Below, one piece after another: positions 25,133-33,293 of a DNA stretch of 33,293 nt. Position 1 is the stretch's first letter; the number at the start of each line of letters is the position of its first letter. The stretch comes from Pseudomonadota bacterium (lineage in GTDB: Bacteria > Pseudomonadota > Alphaproteobacteria > Acetobacterales > Acetobacteraceae): the NCBI GenBank assembly GCA_021826485.1, contig JAKAZX010000001.1, positions 1 to 33,293 on the forward strand, written 5' to 3'. A model generated the notes under the pieces. The model saw only the letters and a list, made by a program, of their open reading frames with translations. It searched no databases and was not told the DNA's origin. Both the position numbers and the translations under genes were made by a program.

Positions 25133-26031
25133 CTGTCCGATACTTCGCTGTGGTTCGGTGGGTCCGTTGCCAGCCCGGCGAGGAGCTGGTCCGCCGTCGC
25201 AACCTCGCCGCCGATCATCGGCAACGGCGGGCGCATCGCCGCCTCCTCCGGCGAGATCACCGGGACGGAGGCGAGCAGGAGGCGGGTATAGGGGTGGCTG
25301 GGGGTGGTGAAGACATCCGCGGTCGGTCCGCTCTCCACCAGCCGGCCGCGATACAGCACGCCGACGCGCTGGGCGAAATTGCGCATCAGGCTGAGATCGT
25401 GCGAGATGAACAGATAGGTGAGATCGAGCCGCCGGCCGAGATCGATCAGCAGGCCGATGACGCGCGCCTGCACGGAGACATCCAGCGCCGAGGTCGGCTC
25501 ATCGAGCACGACCAGCTTCGGTTCGACCGACAGCGCCCGGGCGATCGCCACGCGCTGCTTCTGCCCGCCGGACAGTTCGTGCGGATATCGCGCGGCGAAA
25601 TCGGTGGGCAACTGCACCGTGGCCAGCAATTCGTCGATGCGCTCGGCGCGGCGCTGCCGGGCGAGGCCGTGGGCGGCCAGCGGCACCGCCAGCGACTGGC
25701 CGACGGTGCGGCGCGGATTGAGCGAGGAGCCGGGATTCTGGAACACCATCTGCACCATGCGGCCGAACGCCCGCGTGCCGGCGGTGGCGGCGATGTCCGC
25801 GCCGTCGAGCAGGATGCGCCCCTCGCTCGGCGGCGTCAGGCCGAGGATCATGCGCGCGATGGTGGATTTCCCCGATCCGCTCTCTCCCGCGAGTCCGTAG
25901 ACCTCGCCACGGGCGATCGTGAGCGACACGCCGTCCACCGCGGTCATGGTCTCGGTGCGGCGGCCGAAGGCATTGCGCAGCGGAAACCGCTTGACCACGC
26001 CGTCGAGTGCAAGGATCGGCGGCTCGCTCAC
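25129..26031 (-). CDS. Peptide/opine/nickel-type (PepT) ABC transporter ATP-binding protein, DppF/OppF-like
   Basis: Walker A GESGSGKSTIARM, signature LSGGQKQRVAIARAL, Walker B LVVLDEPTSALD. The GTG start overlaps the upstream stop (GTGA). Confidence 0.9.
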   Translation of the reverse strand: MSEPPILALDGVVKRFPLRNAFGRRTETMTAVDGVSLTIARGEVYGLAGESGSGKSTIARMILGLTPPSEGRILLDGADIAATAGTRAFGRMVQMVFQNPGSSLNPRRTVGQSLAVPLAAHGLARQRRAERIDELLATVQLPTDFAARYPHELSGGQKQRVAIARALSVEPKLVVLDEPTSALDVSVQARVIGLLIDLGRRLDLTYLFISHDLSLMRNFAQRVGVLYRGRLVESGPTADVFTTPSHPYTRLLLASVPVISPEEAAMRPPLPMIGGEVATADQLLAGLATDPPNHSEVSDR

Positions 26032-26882
26032 GTTTCGTCGTCCGTGCGGGCGAGGGTTGCGAAGCTGGTGCCGCCGGTCAGCCGCGGGACGCTCGCGATC
26101 AGGTTACGCGTATAGTCCTCGCGCGGCGCGGCGAACAGCGCCTGCGCCTCTGCCGCCTCGACGATGCGGCCGCGATGCATGACATGCACGTAGTGCGACG
26201 TCTCGCGCACCACGCCCAGGTTGTGCGTGATCATCAGCAGCGCCAGATGCTGCTCCTCGACCAGGTCCTTCAGCAGCTTGAGGATCTGCGCCTGGGTGGT
26301 GACGTCCAGCGCGGTGCCGGGCTCATCGGCGATCAGCAGCCGCGGCTGGGACAGCAGCGCCATTGCGATCAGCACGCGCTGCTTCATGCCGCCCGACAGC
26401 ATGATCGGATAGGACGCCGCCACCCGTTCGGGATCGCGCATCCGCACCTGCGCGAGCACTTCATGCACGCGCGCGCGCCGCCCGGCACGGCCGCGCTGCC
26501 GCCCCAGGCGACGGTCGGCGTATTTCAGGATGGTGCCCATCTGGTCGGCGACGGTGAACACGGGGTTCAGCGAACTCATCGGGTCCTGGAAGATCATGGC
26601 CATTGCCGTCCCGCGCAGCCGGTCGCGCTCGGCCCGGGATGCGCGCAGCAAGTCGCGCCCGTCGAACAGGATTTCGCCCGCGGTGACGCGCGCCGGCGGC
26701 TCGCGCAGCAGGCCCATGATCGCCTTCATCGTCACCGTCTTGCCGGAGCCGCTTTCGCCGACGAGTGCGACCTGCGAACGCTCCGGTACCGCGAGCGTGA
26801 CGCCGTGCAGGACGGCGTTCGTCCGCCCGTAGGTGGTGAACTCGACCGAGAGATTGCGCACGCTGAGGAGCGGCTCGGTCAT
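26028..26882 (-). CDS. PepT-family ABC transporter ATP-binding protein, DppD/OppD-like
   Basis: Walker [14 protein letters not shown], signature [15 protein letters not shown], Walker [13 protein letters not shown]. The ATG at 26882 overlaps the permease stop as ATGA. Confidence 0.9.
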   Translation of the reverse strand: MTEPLLSVRNLSVEFTTYGRTNAVLHGVTLAVPERSQVALVGESGSGKTVTMKAIMGLLREPPARVTAGEILFDGRDLLRASRAERDRLRGTAMAMIFQDPMSSLNPVFTVADQMGTILKYADRRLGRQRGRAGRRARVHEVLAQVRMRDPERVAASYPIMLSGGMKQRVLIAMALLSQPRLLIADEPGTALDVTTQAQILKLLKDLVEEQHLALLMITHNLGVVRETSHYVHVMHRGRIVEAAEAQALFAAPREDYTRNLIASVPRLTGGTSFATLARTDDET

Positions 26883-27745
26883 CGCACCTCCTGCACGTCG
26901 AACACGTCGCGCAGGCCGTCGCCGAGCAGGTTGAAGCCGAGTGCCACGAACAGGATGGCGCAGCCGGGCAGCACCGACTCCCACCACTTCTCGGGCAGGT
27001 AGGCGGCGCCGGTCGCGACCATCGTGCCGAGATCGGGGGTGGGCGGACGGATGCCGAGGCCGAGGAAGGACAGCGACGCGCCGACCAGGATGACGAACCC
27101 CGCATCGAGCGAACACTTCACCACGATCGGCGGCAGGCAGTTCGGCAGCAGTTCGCGGAACAGGATATGCAGCGGCCCGGCGCCGACCATGCGCGCCGCC
27201 TCGATGTATTCCTGCGTGCGCAACTGGCGGGCGAGCGAATAGACCAGCCGCGCGTGCCACGTCCACCACAGGATCGCGATGGCGAGCATGGAGTGGAACA
27301 GGCTGGGCGACAGCACCGCGGCGACTGCGAGCGCCATCACCAGCGGCGGGATGGCGAGCGCGATATCGGTCGTCCGCATGATCGCGATCTCCACCCAGCC
27401 GCCGTAATAGCCGGCGAGCATGCCGAGGATGGCGCCGAACGGAACCGCGGTGCCGAGCACGACGACCACCAGCAGCAGCGAGACGCGGTAACCGAAGATC
27501 ACGCGCGTCAGGATGTCGCGGCCGACATCGTCGGTGCCGAACCAGTGCAGCGCCGATGGCGGCAAATGACGGGACCGGAAATCCACCACCGCCTTCACCG
27601 CGTTGGGAAACGGCGTGATCCAGGGCGCGAGGATCGTGGCGGCGATGCAGATCAGCACGATCGCCGCCCCGATCACCGCGGTGGGATTGCGGGAGAAGCG
27701 GTACCAGCGCAGATAGCCGGCGGACAGGCGGGGCGGCTCGCTCAC
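26879..27745 (-). CDS. PepT-family ABC transporter permease, DppC/OppC-like
   Basis: Polytopic protein with the EAA-loop region EYIEAARMVGAGPLHILFRELLPN. The GTG at 27745 overlaps the upstream stop (GTGA). The rest of the 617-aa track ORF is out-of-frame shadow sequence. Confidence 0.88.
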   Translation of the reverse strand: MSEPPRLSAGYLRWYRFSRNPTAVIGAAIVLICIAATILAPWITPFPNAVKAVVDFRSRHLPPSALHWFGTDDVGRDILTRVIFGYRVSLLLVVVVLGTAVPFGAILGMLAGYYGGWVEIAIMRTTDIALAIPPLVMALAVAAVLSPSLFHSMLAIAILWWTWHARLVYSLARQLRTQEYIEAARMVGAGPLHILFRELLPNCLPPIVVKCSLDAGFVILVGASLSFLGLGIRPPTPDLGTMVATGAAYLPEKWWESVLPGCAILFVALGFNLLGDGLRDVFDVQEVR

Positions 27746-28767
27746 GCGCGGGCACCACGGATGCGGATGCGCGGATCGACCAGGCCGACCAGCAGGTCGA
27801 TGACGAGATTGACGCCGACGAAGAACGCGCCCGAGACCATGACGACGCCCATGACCGCATTCAGATCCTTCTGCAGGATGGTGCGGATGCCGTAGGCTGC
27901 CATGCCGGGCCAGGAGAACACCAGTTCCACCACGAATGCGTTGCCGATCATCGACGCGAATTCCAGCCCCAGGATCGTCAGGGGCGCCACGAAGGATGGC
28001 CGCAGCGTGTATTTCAGCACCCGCAGCCAGTCGGGAATGCCGAAGGCGCGGGCGGCCTCGATATAGTCCTGGCTCATCACCTCCAGCATGGAGGCGCGGG
28101 TCAGTCTCGCCATCTGGCCCATCGTCGCCGCGGCCAGCGCGGTGGCCGGCAGCAGCAGATGGCGCAGCGCGTCGAGCGTGACAGCGAACCGGCCTTCCAG
28201 CAGCGAGTCGAGCGTGATCAGCCCAGTGATGTCGGCGTGGAACGGATCGGCCGGATCGAGCCGCCCGGTGGTCGGCAGCACATGCAGCACGTAGCCGGCG
28301 AGAAGTTGCAGCAGCAGCGCCAGGAAGAAGGTGGGCGTGACCGCGCCCAGGATCGCCACCAGCCGCGATGCGGTGTCGGGCCAGCGATCCTTCCAGCGGG
28401 CGGCGGCGATGCCGAGCGGCAGGCCGGCGGCGAGCGCGAGGAAGATCGTCGCCAGCACGAGTTCCAAGGTGGCAGCGAAGGATTCGCGGATATCGTCGGT
28501 CACCGCCCGCTCGGTGAGCAGCGACCGGCCGAGATCGCCATGCGACAGCGCGGCGACGAACAATCCGTACTGCGTGATCAGCGGCCGATCGAGCCCGAGC
28601 TTGTGGCGCAGGTCGGTCACCTGTTCCTGCGTCGCGGTTGGGCCGAGCGCCATCCGCGCCGGATCGCCCGGCACCGCGCGCGCGATCAGGAAGATGACGA
28701 CCGAAAGCCCCACCAGCACGAGCAGCGACCACAGCACCCGCCGCAGCAGGAACAGCAGGAATTCCAC
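27742..28767 (-). CDS. PepT-family ABC transporter permease, DppB/OppB-like
   Basis: The N-terminus LLRRVLWSLLVLVGLSVVIFLIARAVPGDP and the EAA loop DYIEAARAFGIPDWLRVLKYTLRPS are typical of DppB. GTG start at 28767. Confidence 0.88.
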   Translation of the reverse strand: MEFLLFLLRRVLWSLLVLVGLSVVIFLIARAVPGDPARMALGPTATQEQVTDLRHKLGLDRPLITQYGLFVAALSHGDLGRSLLTERAVTDDIRESFAATLELVLATIFLALAAGLPLGIAAARWKDRWPDTASRLVAILGAVTPTFFLALLLQLLAGYVLHVLPTTGRLDPADPFHADITGLITLDSLLEGRFAVTLDALRHLLLPATALAAATMGQMARLTRASMLEVMSQDYIEAARAFGIPDWLRVLKYTLRPSFVAPLTILGLEFASMIGNAFVVELVFSWPGMAAYGIRTILQKDLNAVMGVVMVSGAFFVGVNLVIDLLVGLVDPRIRIRGARA

Positions 28768-28786
28768 CGACCGCGCCGCCGGTCGC

Positions 28787-30355
28787 TCAGTTGCAGTTCC
28801 AGCTGTACAGCTTGAAGTCGTAGTCGAAGGATTGCATCGGGATGGCGCGGTAGTCGCTCAGGCACTTGTCCTCGGCATGCCGGACGGTCTGGGTTTCCAG
28901 GAACGCATCGGACTGCATGTCGACAAGCTTGTGCTGCAATTCCTTGTAGATCGCCACCTGCTGCGCCTTGTCGCCGGTGGCGCGGGCCTTGTCGATCAGC
29001 CCGTCGATCTCCGGGCTGTTCACCCATTCCAGCGAGGCCCAGGTGCCCGCGGCCTTGCTGTCATACTGGGTGAAGAACATCGAATCCGGGCTGGGATAGG
29101 TCGGGCCGAAGAACACCTCCGACACGTTCGGCGAGGTGTCGACCTTGGCGGCAAGCTGCGTCACCCGGTTCCACGGATCGGGCTGCGGCGTCACCTTGAA
29201 GCCCACCTGCTCCAGGTTCGACTGCATCAGCAGGGCGATATCCTCCTCGAACTTGGTGCCGGCGACGTATTGCAGCACCAGCGGGATATCCCCCTTGCCG
29301 GCATACTTGCTTTTCGCCACTTCGTCCTTGGCGCATTGCAGATCGAATTTCGGCTTTGGCAGGTCGTTCGCATGATAGTCGGCGAACACCTTGGGCAGCG
29401 GCCCGTCGAGCTCGCCGCCCGGCAGGATCGTGCTGCGGATGGTGTCGTAGTCGGTGGCGCAGGCGATGGCGCGGCGTATATGCACGTCGTCGGTCGGCGC
29501 CTTCTGGGCATCGAGCTTGAGGTAGAAGGCGGTTGCCGTGTCTTGCTTTGCGATCTTCATGCGCGGCATCTTGGCCAGCGCCTCGTAGGTCTCCGGCGCC
29601 TGGAACTGGCTGGTCATGGTCAGCTCGCCGGAAGCGGCGAGCGACTTCACGGTCGCTTCGTCGTTGGCGATGATCCAGTGGACCTGGTCGATCGGATGCG
29701 CCTTCCAGCCGCCGTAATAGTGCGGGTCGCGCACGATCGTCATCTGGCTGCCGCGATCCCAGCTTTTCAGCAGATAGCCGCCGGCGCCGGCGACACGGGT
29801 TGCCAGGTAGGTCTGGCCGTCGTCGCTGCCGGCATTGGCCTGCACGACCTTGGAATTGAGGATGAACACCGCCGGGACGGTGGCGAGGAACGGCGCGAAG
29901 GTCTTGGACAGGGTGAACTTGACGGTGTGGTCATCGACCGCGGCGACGGAGCCGGGCTTGAGCACGCCGGCGAACAGGTTGGCGGGTCCCTGGTTGATCT
30001 TCAGCAGCCGGTCGAAGGTGAACACCACGTCCTTGGCCGTCACCGGCGTGCCGTCGGAGAAATGCGCGTCGGGGCGCAGGTGGAAGGTCACCTCGCGGGC
30101 ATCGGCGGATACGTCCCAGCTTGCCGCGATCTCGGGCTTCAGGTTGCCGCTGTAATCGACCCCGACCAGCCCGTCGTACAGATTCACCGCCGCCATGTAG
30201 TCCGTGTAGTCGGAGATCTTGGAGGGGTCCACGGTGCTGAATATCTGCGACGTATTCATCGTCACCAGGGTCTCCGCCTCGGCGCGCGGCGCGGCGAATG
30301 CCGCAAGTGCTAGGATGCCGGCCGCTGCCGAATGCAACAATGCTTGCCTGACCAT
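28787..30355 (-). CDS. Family-5 periplasmic substrate-binding protein (DppA/OppA-like) with a Sec signal peptide
   Basis: ATG at 30355 follows AAGGA. Signal peptide MVRQALLHSAAAGILALAAFAAPRAEA. The SBP_bac_5 hallmark is FHLRPDAHFSDGTPVTAKDVVFTFDRL. Confidence 0.9.
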   Translation of the reverse strand: MVRQALLHSAAAGILALAAFAAPRAEAETLVTMNTSQIFSTVDPSKISDYTDYMAAVNLYDGLVGVDYSGNLKPEIAASWDVSADAREVTFHLRPDAHFSDGTPVTAKDVVFTFDRLLKINQGPANLFAGVLKPGSVAAVDDHTVKFTLSKTFAPFLATVPAVFILNSKVVQANAGSDDGQTYLATRVAGAGGYLLKSWDRGSQMTIVRDPHYYGGWKAHPIDQVHWIIANDEATVKSLAASGELTMTSQFQAPETYEALAKMPRMKIAKQDTATAFYLKLDAQKAPTDDVHIRRAIACATDYDTIRSTILPGGELDGPLPKVFADYHANDLPKPKFDLQCAKDEVAKSKYAGKGDIPLVLQYVAGTKFEEDIALLMQSNLEQVGFKVTPQPDPWNRVTQLAAKVDTSPNVSEVFFGPTYPSPDSMFFTQYDSKAAGTWASLEWVNSPEIDGLIDKARATGDKAQQVAIYKELQHKLVDMQSDAFLETQTVRHAEDKCLSDYRAIPMQSFDYDFKLYSWNCN

Positions 30356-30480
30356 CTGTTTGTCCTTTTCCCGTCCCCGCCAGCACCTTTGCCGCGTCCG
30401 CACGCTGCTGGTCCCGGACCGCGGCCCCGGCGCCCATGGTGCGCAGGGTTTCGCCGGCCAGCAATGCGGGAAAAGTCGAG

Positions 30481-30495
30481 GTTTTTGACAAAAAC
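30481..30495. promoter_or_regulatory. AT-rich perfect inverted repeat GTTTTTG-A-CAAAAAC between the LAL regulator gene and the importer operon. Candidate operator or promoter element.
   Basis: Read directly from the sequence. It has 7-bp exact arms in a strongly GC-rich background and contains TTGACA (+) / TTGTCA (-). It lies about 125 nt upstream of the SBP start codon and about 35 nt downstream of the regulator stop. Confidence 0.4.
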
Positions 30496-30529
30496 GTCTA
30501 GGTCCGGCGGGGCCCGCCGCCCCCCGGCC

Positions 30530-32893
30530 TCAGGACAGCACGCCGAGCGCCCGCGCCGCGTTGATCGCCTCCCGCCGCCGCCGGCAACCGAGTTTCCGGT
30601 AGGCGTTGCCGAGATGGTATTTCACCGTCGCCTCGGTGACGCCGAGCGCCTTGGCGATGAACTTGTTGGACCCGCCCTCGGCGATCATCAGCAGGACTTT
30701 CGACTCCCGCCTTGTCAGCCCGTTCTTCACCCCCGGCGGCGCCGCGGCGAGGCCGGCGAGGCCGAGCCGGCGCAGGATGGCGCGAGCGGGGGACGAGGCC
30801 TGCACGAAATCCCGCAGCCGGCGGTTGCCGAGCAGTTCGGCGAGGAAATATCGTTCCTCCGCCAGCGGCGCCACCGCGCCCAGCCGCGCCGCCTGTTCCA
30901 GCGCCGACAGCAGCAGCGCCCGGCAGCGCGACGGATCGCGCCGGTATCGGCTTACATAGGCAAGCCAGAGCTGGACTGCAATCTTCTGCCGGCCGGTGAG
31001 TTGCAGATTGGCGTGAATCTGCTCCAGCCGTTCGGCCAGCAGCGGGCGCGCCGGCGCCTCGAACGCCGACTGGCGCAGGCAGGCCAGCGCCAGCGCCACC
31101 TCGTCGCGCGCGTGCAGGCGGCCCAGGTCGCCCTGCGCCAGCACCGCCTCATGATCCGCCGCGCCCGCCAGCACCCGCAGCTTCTCCGCCGCCTCCTGCC
31201 AGCGGTTGCCGCTTTGCAGGATGATCGCCTCGCGGATGTTGATCATCGCTGCGAACTGGTGGGTGTGGATCTGATAGACCCGCCAGCGGTCGAGATAGCT
31301 GCGCGCCGCGAGCGTCGAGAAATGCTCGCTCAGCGCCTGGCTGCCGTAGTGCAGCGCGAGGTCGATCACCGTCGGCCAGATCTCGGCATGCGAGAAATCG
31401 TCGAACTCGGTGCTGAGGAAGCGTGCCAGCGGCTGCACCCGCCCGGCTTCGTAATCGACGCAGGCCTGCAGCAGCGCCAGCAGGCGGCTGTCGTTCGGGC
31501 TCGCATAGCCGACGGCGGCGAGATCGGCGGCGGCGGCATCGGCGAAGCGCCGCGCCTGCTGCGCGTCGCCCTGCAGCAGCCGCATCACCGACTGGTGCAG
31601 CCGGATGTAGAATTGCAGCATCGGCATGTCGGCGGCGGCATAGTGTTCCCAGGCGCGGATCGCCACGTCCTCGGCCTCGGCGAAGCGGCGGCGGCGGATG
31701 AAGAACTCCAGCATGGAGTTGTAGAACGAGCCGCGTTGCAGATGCGCGTCCGCCGGCAGTTCGCGGATCAGGCCGAAGATGCGCTCGAACAGGTCGTCGC
31801 TGACCAGCACGTCCTCGTAGATCAGCATCAGCACGCGGAAGAAGCGGAACTCCCGCGAATAGCGTCCGTCGGTGTCGAACACCGAATCCGCCGCCAGCGC
31901 CCGGTTGCCGAAATGGTCGGCGACGAGCTGGCGGGTGCGCGGCAGGTCGCCCCGCTTCAGCGCCTGCAGGCACCGCGCCAGCACCAGCGTCTCGTGGCGC
32001 TCGGCATAGTCGGGCGGGAACCCGGCGAGGATGCGCGCGAAGGCGCCGCCGCCGCACCGGTAGAAATAGAAGAACCCGTGCTGCTCCTTCAGGATCGCGA
32101 GCGCGGCATCGAGATGCCCGGCGCCCTGCAGGGCGGCGATCGCGGCGAGGGTGCGGCCCTGCGCGCGCAGCGCCGCGGCCAACGCCGCGGCGGTTTCTGC
32201 ATCGGCGATCCGGCGCGCGAAGTCCGCCGCATGGCCGCGCGCCAGATGCGGGCGCAGCGCCTCCGCCCGCAGTGCCGAAGGGGTGCCGGCGCGGATGGCC
32301 GGCGCCAGCGGCCCGGCATCGGCCAGCGACAGCGGTTCACCCTCGATGATCCGGCCGAGGGTGACGAAGTCCGCTGCCGGCAGCGCCGCCATCCAGTCCT
32401 CCGCCAGCACCGCCTCCAGCCGGGCGGCGTCGCGTCCCGTCTCGACGAAGCCGAGCAGCAACGGCCAGCCGCCGCTCGCGTCCATGATCCGCTCGGCGCG
32501 CCGGCGCGGCAGGCGGGCGGCGAGTTCGGGGGCGGTGAACAGCAGCGCGGCGGTGTCGATGACATGGGCGCGGCCATAGGCCACCGCGCGGTCGAGGCCG
32601 GGCAGGACCGCCTGCGGCCGTTTGGCCAGGATCAGGCGGTCCGCGCCGGCCATGAAGCGTTCCGGCAGCGGCCCCGGCGCCGCGTGCGGCGGCAGGTCCC
32701 ACAGCAGCGGCGCGCCGTCGCCCGGCGGGGCGGGCGGCGCGGTGCCCAGATGCACCTCCCGGCCGAGCCGGGCGGCGAGCTGGCGGAGCAGCACCGACTT
32801 GCCGCAGCCGGCTGGCGCCTCGATCAGCACGATCGGCTCCGGCCGCGCCAGGATGCGGGCGAGCAGGCCGTCGCGCGGCAGCTCGGCGGCCAT
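30530..32893 (-). CDS. Large ATP-binding LuxR-family (LAL / MalT-like) transcriptional regulator
   Basis: N-terminal P-loop IEAPAGCGKSVLL, a long helical repeat-like middle region, and a C-terminal LuxR HTH LTRRESKVLLMIAEGGSNKFIAKALGVTEATVKYHLGNAYRKLG. Confidence 0.88.
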   Translation of the reverse strand: MAAELPRDGLLARILARPEPIVLIEAPAGCGKSVLLRQLAARLGREVHLGTAPPAPPGDGAPLLWDLPPHAAPGPLPERFMAGADRLILAKRPQAVLPGLDRAVAYGRAHVIDTAALLFTAPELAARLPRRRAERIMDASGGWPLLLGFVETGRDAARLEAVLAEDWMAALPAADFVTLGRIIEGEPLSLADAGPLAPAIRAGTPSALRAEALRPHLARGHAADFARRIADAETAAALAAALRAQGRTLAAIAALQGAGHLDAALAILKEQHGFFYFYRCGGGAFARILAGFPPDYAERHETLVLARCLQALKRGDLPRTRQLVADHFGNRALAADSVFDTDGRYSREFRFFRVLMLIYEDVLVSDDLFERIFGLIRELPADAHLQRGSFYNSMLEFFIRRRRFAEAEDVAIRAWEHYAAADMPMLQFYIRLHQSVMRLLQGDAQQARRFADAAAADLAAVGYASPNDSRLLALLQACVDYEAGRVQPLARFLSTEFDDFSHAEIWPTVIDLALHYGSQALSEHFSTLAARSYLDRWRVYQIHTHQFAAMINIREAIILQSGNRWQEAAEKLRVLAGAADHEAVLAQGDLGRLHARDEVALALACLRQSAFEAPARPLLAERLEQIHANLQLTGRQKIAVQLWLAYVSRYRRDPSRCRALLLSALEQAARLGAVAPLAEERYFLAELLGNRRLRDFVQASSPARAILRRLGLAGLAAAPPGVKNGLTRRESKVLLMIAEGGSNKFIAKALGVTEATVKYHLGNAYRKLGCRRRREAINAARALGVLS

Positions 32894-32918
32894 CGGCGGG
32901 CCGATCCGCGGCCGGTCC

Positions 32919-33293
32919 CTAGCGGTCGGCGCGATGGTATTCGCGGTTCGGCATCATGTCGGTCGCCGCCGCCATGCGGTTCGACAGGTTGAAGAACGCG
33001 ACCACTTCCGACAGGTCGAAGATGGCGCGGTTGTCGAGGCCGTGCGCGCGCAGCGCATCGCGATCCGCCTCGTCCACCAGATGCAGCGCGGTGGTCAGCT
33101 TCCATGCGTAGTCCAGCATTGCCCGCTGGCGCGGCGGCAGGTGGGCAACGCGGTAGTTGAACGCCAGCATCTCGCCGAGTTCCGGATCGCCCGACAGCCG
33201 CCGCACCGCGGCACCGTGCGCGACCAGGCAGTAGTAGCAGCGGTTGGCCGAGGAGACGACGACGGCGACCATCTCGCGCTCCAGCTTGGAGAG
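32919..33293 (-). CDS. Carboxymuconolactone decarboxylase / AhpD-like family protein (peroxidase-related). 5' end lies beyond the window.
   Basis: CxxC motif in ANRCYYCLVAHG and the family-typical C-terminal region. The reading frame stays open to the last base of the window, so the N-terminus is missing. Confidence 0.75.
   Translation of the reverse strand, partial: LSKLEREMVAVVVSSANRCYYCLVAHGAAVRRLSGDPELGEMLAFNYRVAHLPPRQRAMLDYAWKLTTALHLVDEADRDALRAHGLDNRAIFDLSEVVAFFNLSNRMAAATDMMPNREYHRADR

Noticed and set aside
23594-25291. A 565-aa plus-strand ORF and a 533-aa minus-strand ORF (23601-25202) overlap the hydantoinase-like gene.
   Set aside because: Both have shadow-frame composition (runs of R, G, D, H, A) and no motifs. 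The chosen frame carries all three ASKHA ATPase motifs.
30530-32893. A P-loop NTPase with a long helical repeat region could be read as a STAND-type antiphage (Avs-like) defence protein.
   Set aside because: The C-terminus is a canonical LuxR-type HTH and no nuclease, protease or other effector domain is present. It sits directly upstream of a transporter/catabolic operon, which is the classic MalT/LAL activator arrangement.
30332-32992. An 886-aa plus-strand ORF lies exactly antisense to the LAL regulator gene.
   Set aside because: It is the in-phase antisense frame. Its first codon positions are the complements of the GC-rich wobble positions of the real gene, so T-initial stop codons are almost excluded. 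The translation is Arg/Gly/Ala/Pro-dominated with no recognisable domain. The minus-strand frame has a clear P-loop and LuxR HTH.
1-33293. I looked for mobile elements, CRISPR arrays, tRNA/rRNA genes, prophage genes, toxin-antitoxin pairs and long direct or terminal inverted repeats.
   Set aside because: I found no transposase, integrase or recombinase-like ORF, no regularly spaced repeats, and no tRNA-like or rRNA-like sequence. By-eye reading cannot exclude short or degenerate repeats. A self-dot-plot and tRNAscan/Rfam scans would settle this.

Overview
This window is very GC-rich and densely packed. It looks like a proteobacterial-type transport and catabolism island. I see no tRNA or rRNA genes, no CRISPR array, no transposase or integrase, and no recognisable defence genes. 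I call 28 CDSs, the first and last cut by the window edges.

Gene order:
(1) Partial CUT2 sugar ABC gene in which two ATPase domains and a permease form one polypeptide (2-2260, +).
(2) Minus-strand pair: beta-hydroxyacid dehydrogenase, then a signal-peptide-less fusion of a MarR-like wHTH to a family-1 solute-binding protein (4941-2261).
(3) Plus-strand set: Zn-ADH, hydroxyquinol/catechol-type intradiol dioxygenase, Gfo/Idh/MocA oxidoreductase (5194-8317).
(4) Minus-strand pair: family III CoA-transferase and enoyl-CoA hydratase (10288-8277), divergent from a LacI regulator (10596-11720).
(5) Minus-strand operon: Liv/HAAT-type ABC importer (SBP, two permeases, two ATPases) ending in a GMC flavoprotein oxidoreductase (18055-11717).
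(6) Plus-strand operon: divergent DHDPS/class-I-aldolase family protein, Zn-ADH, Gfo/Idh/MocA (18293-21437).
(7) Eight-gene minus-strand operon with overlapping stop/start codons: DppABCDF-like importer, a HyuA-like ASKHA ATPase with no HyuB partner, and two tandem DUF917 paralogues (30355-21404). Upstream lie a MalT/LAL-type LuxR regulator (32893-30530) and a partial AhpD/CMD-family gene.

The best candidates for undescribed biology are the importer + HyuA-only + 2xDUF917 module, the cytoplasmic wHTH-SBP fusion regulator with a perfect 8-N3-8 palindrome in its divergent promoter, and LacI-type operators that appear to tie several operons into one regulon. All functional calls rest on motif and family recognition by eye. 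No database search was run. Many long ORFs in the track are GC-driven shadow frames and were rejected.
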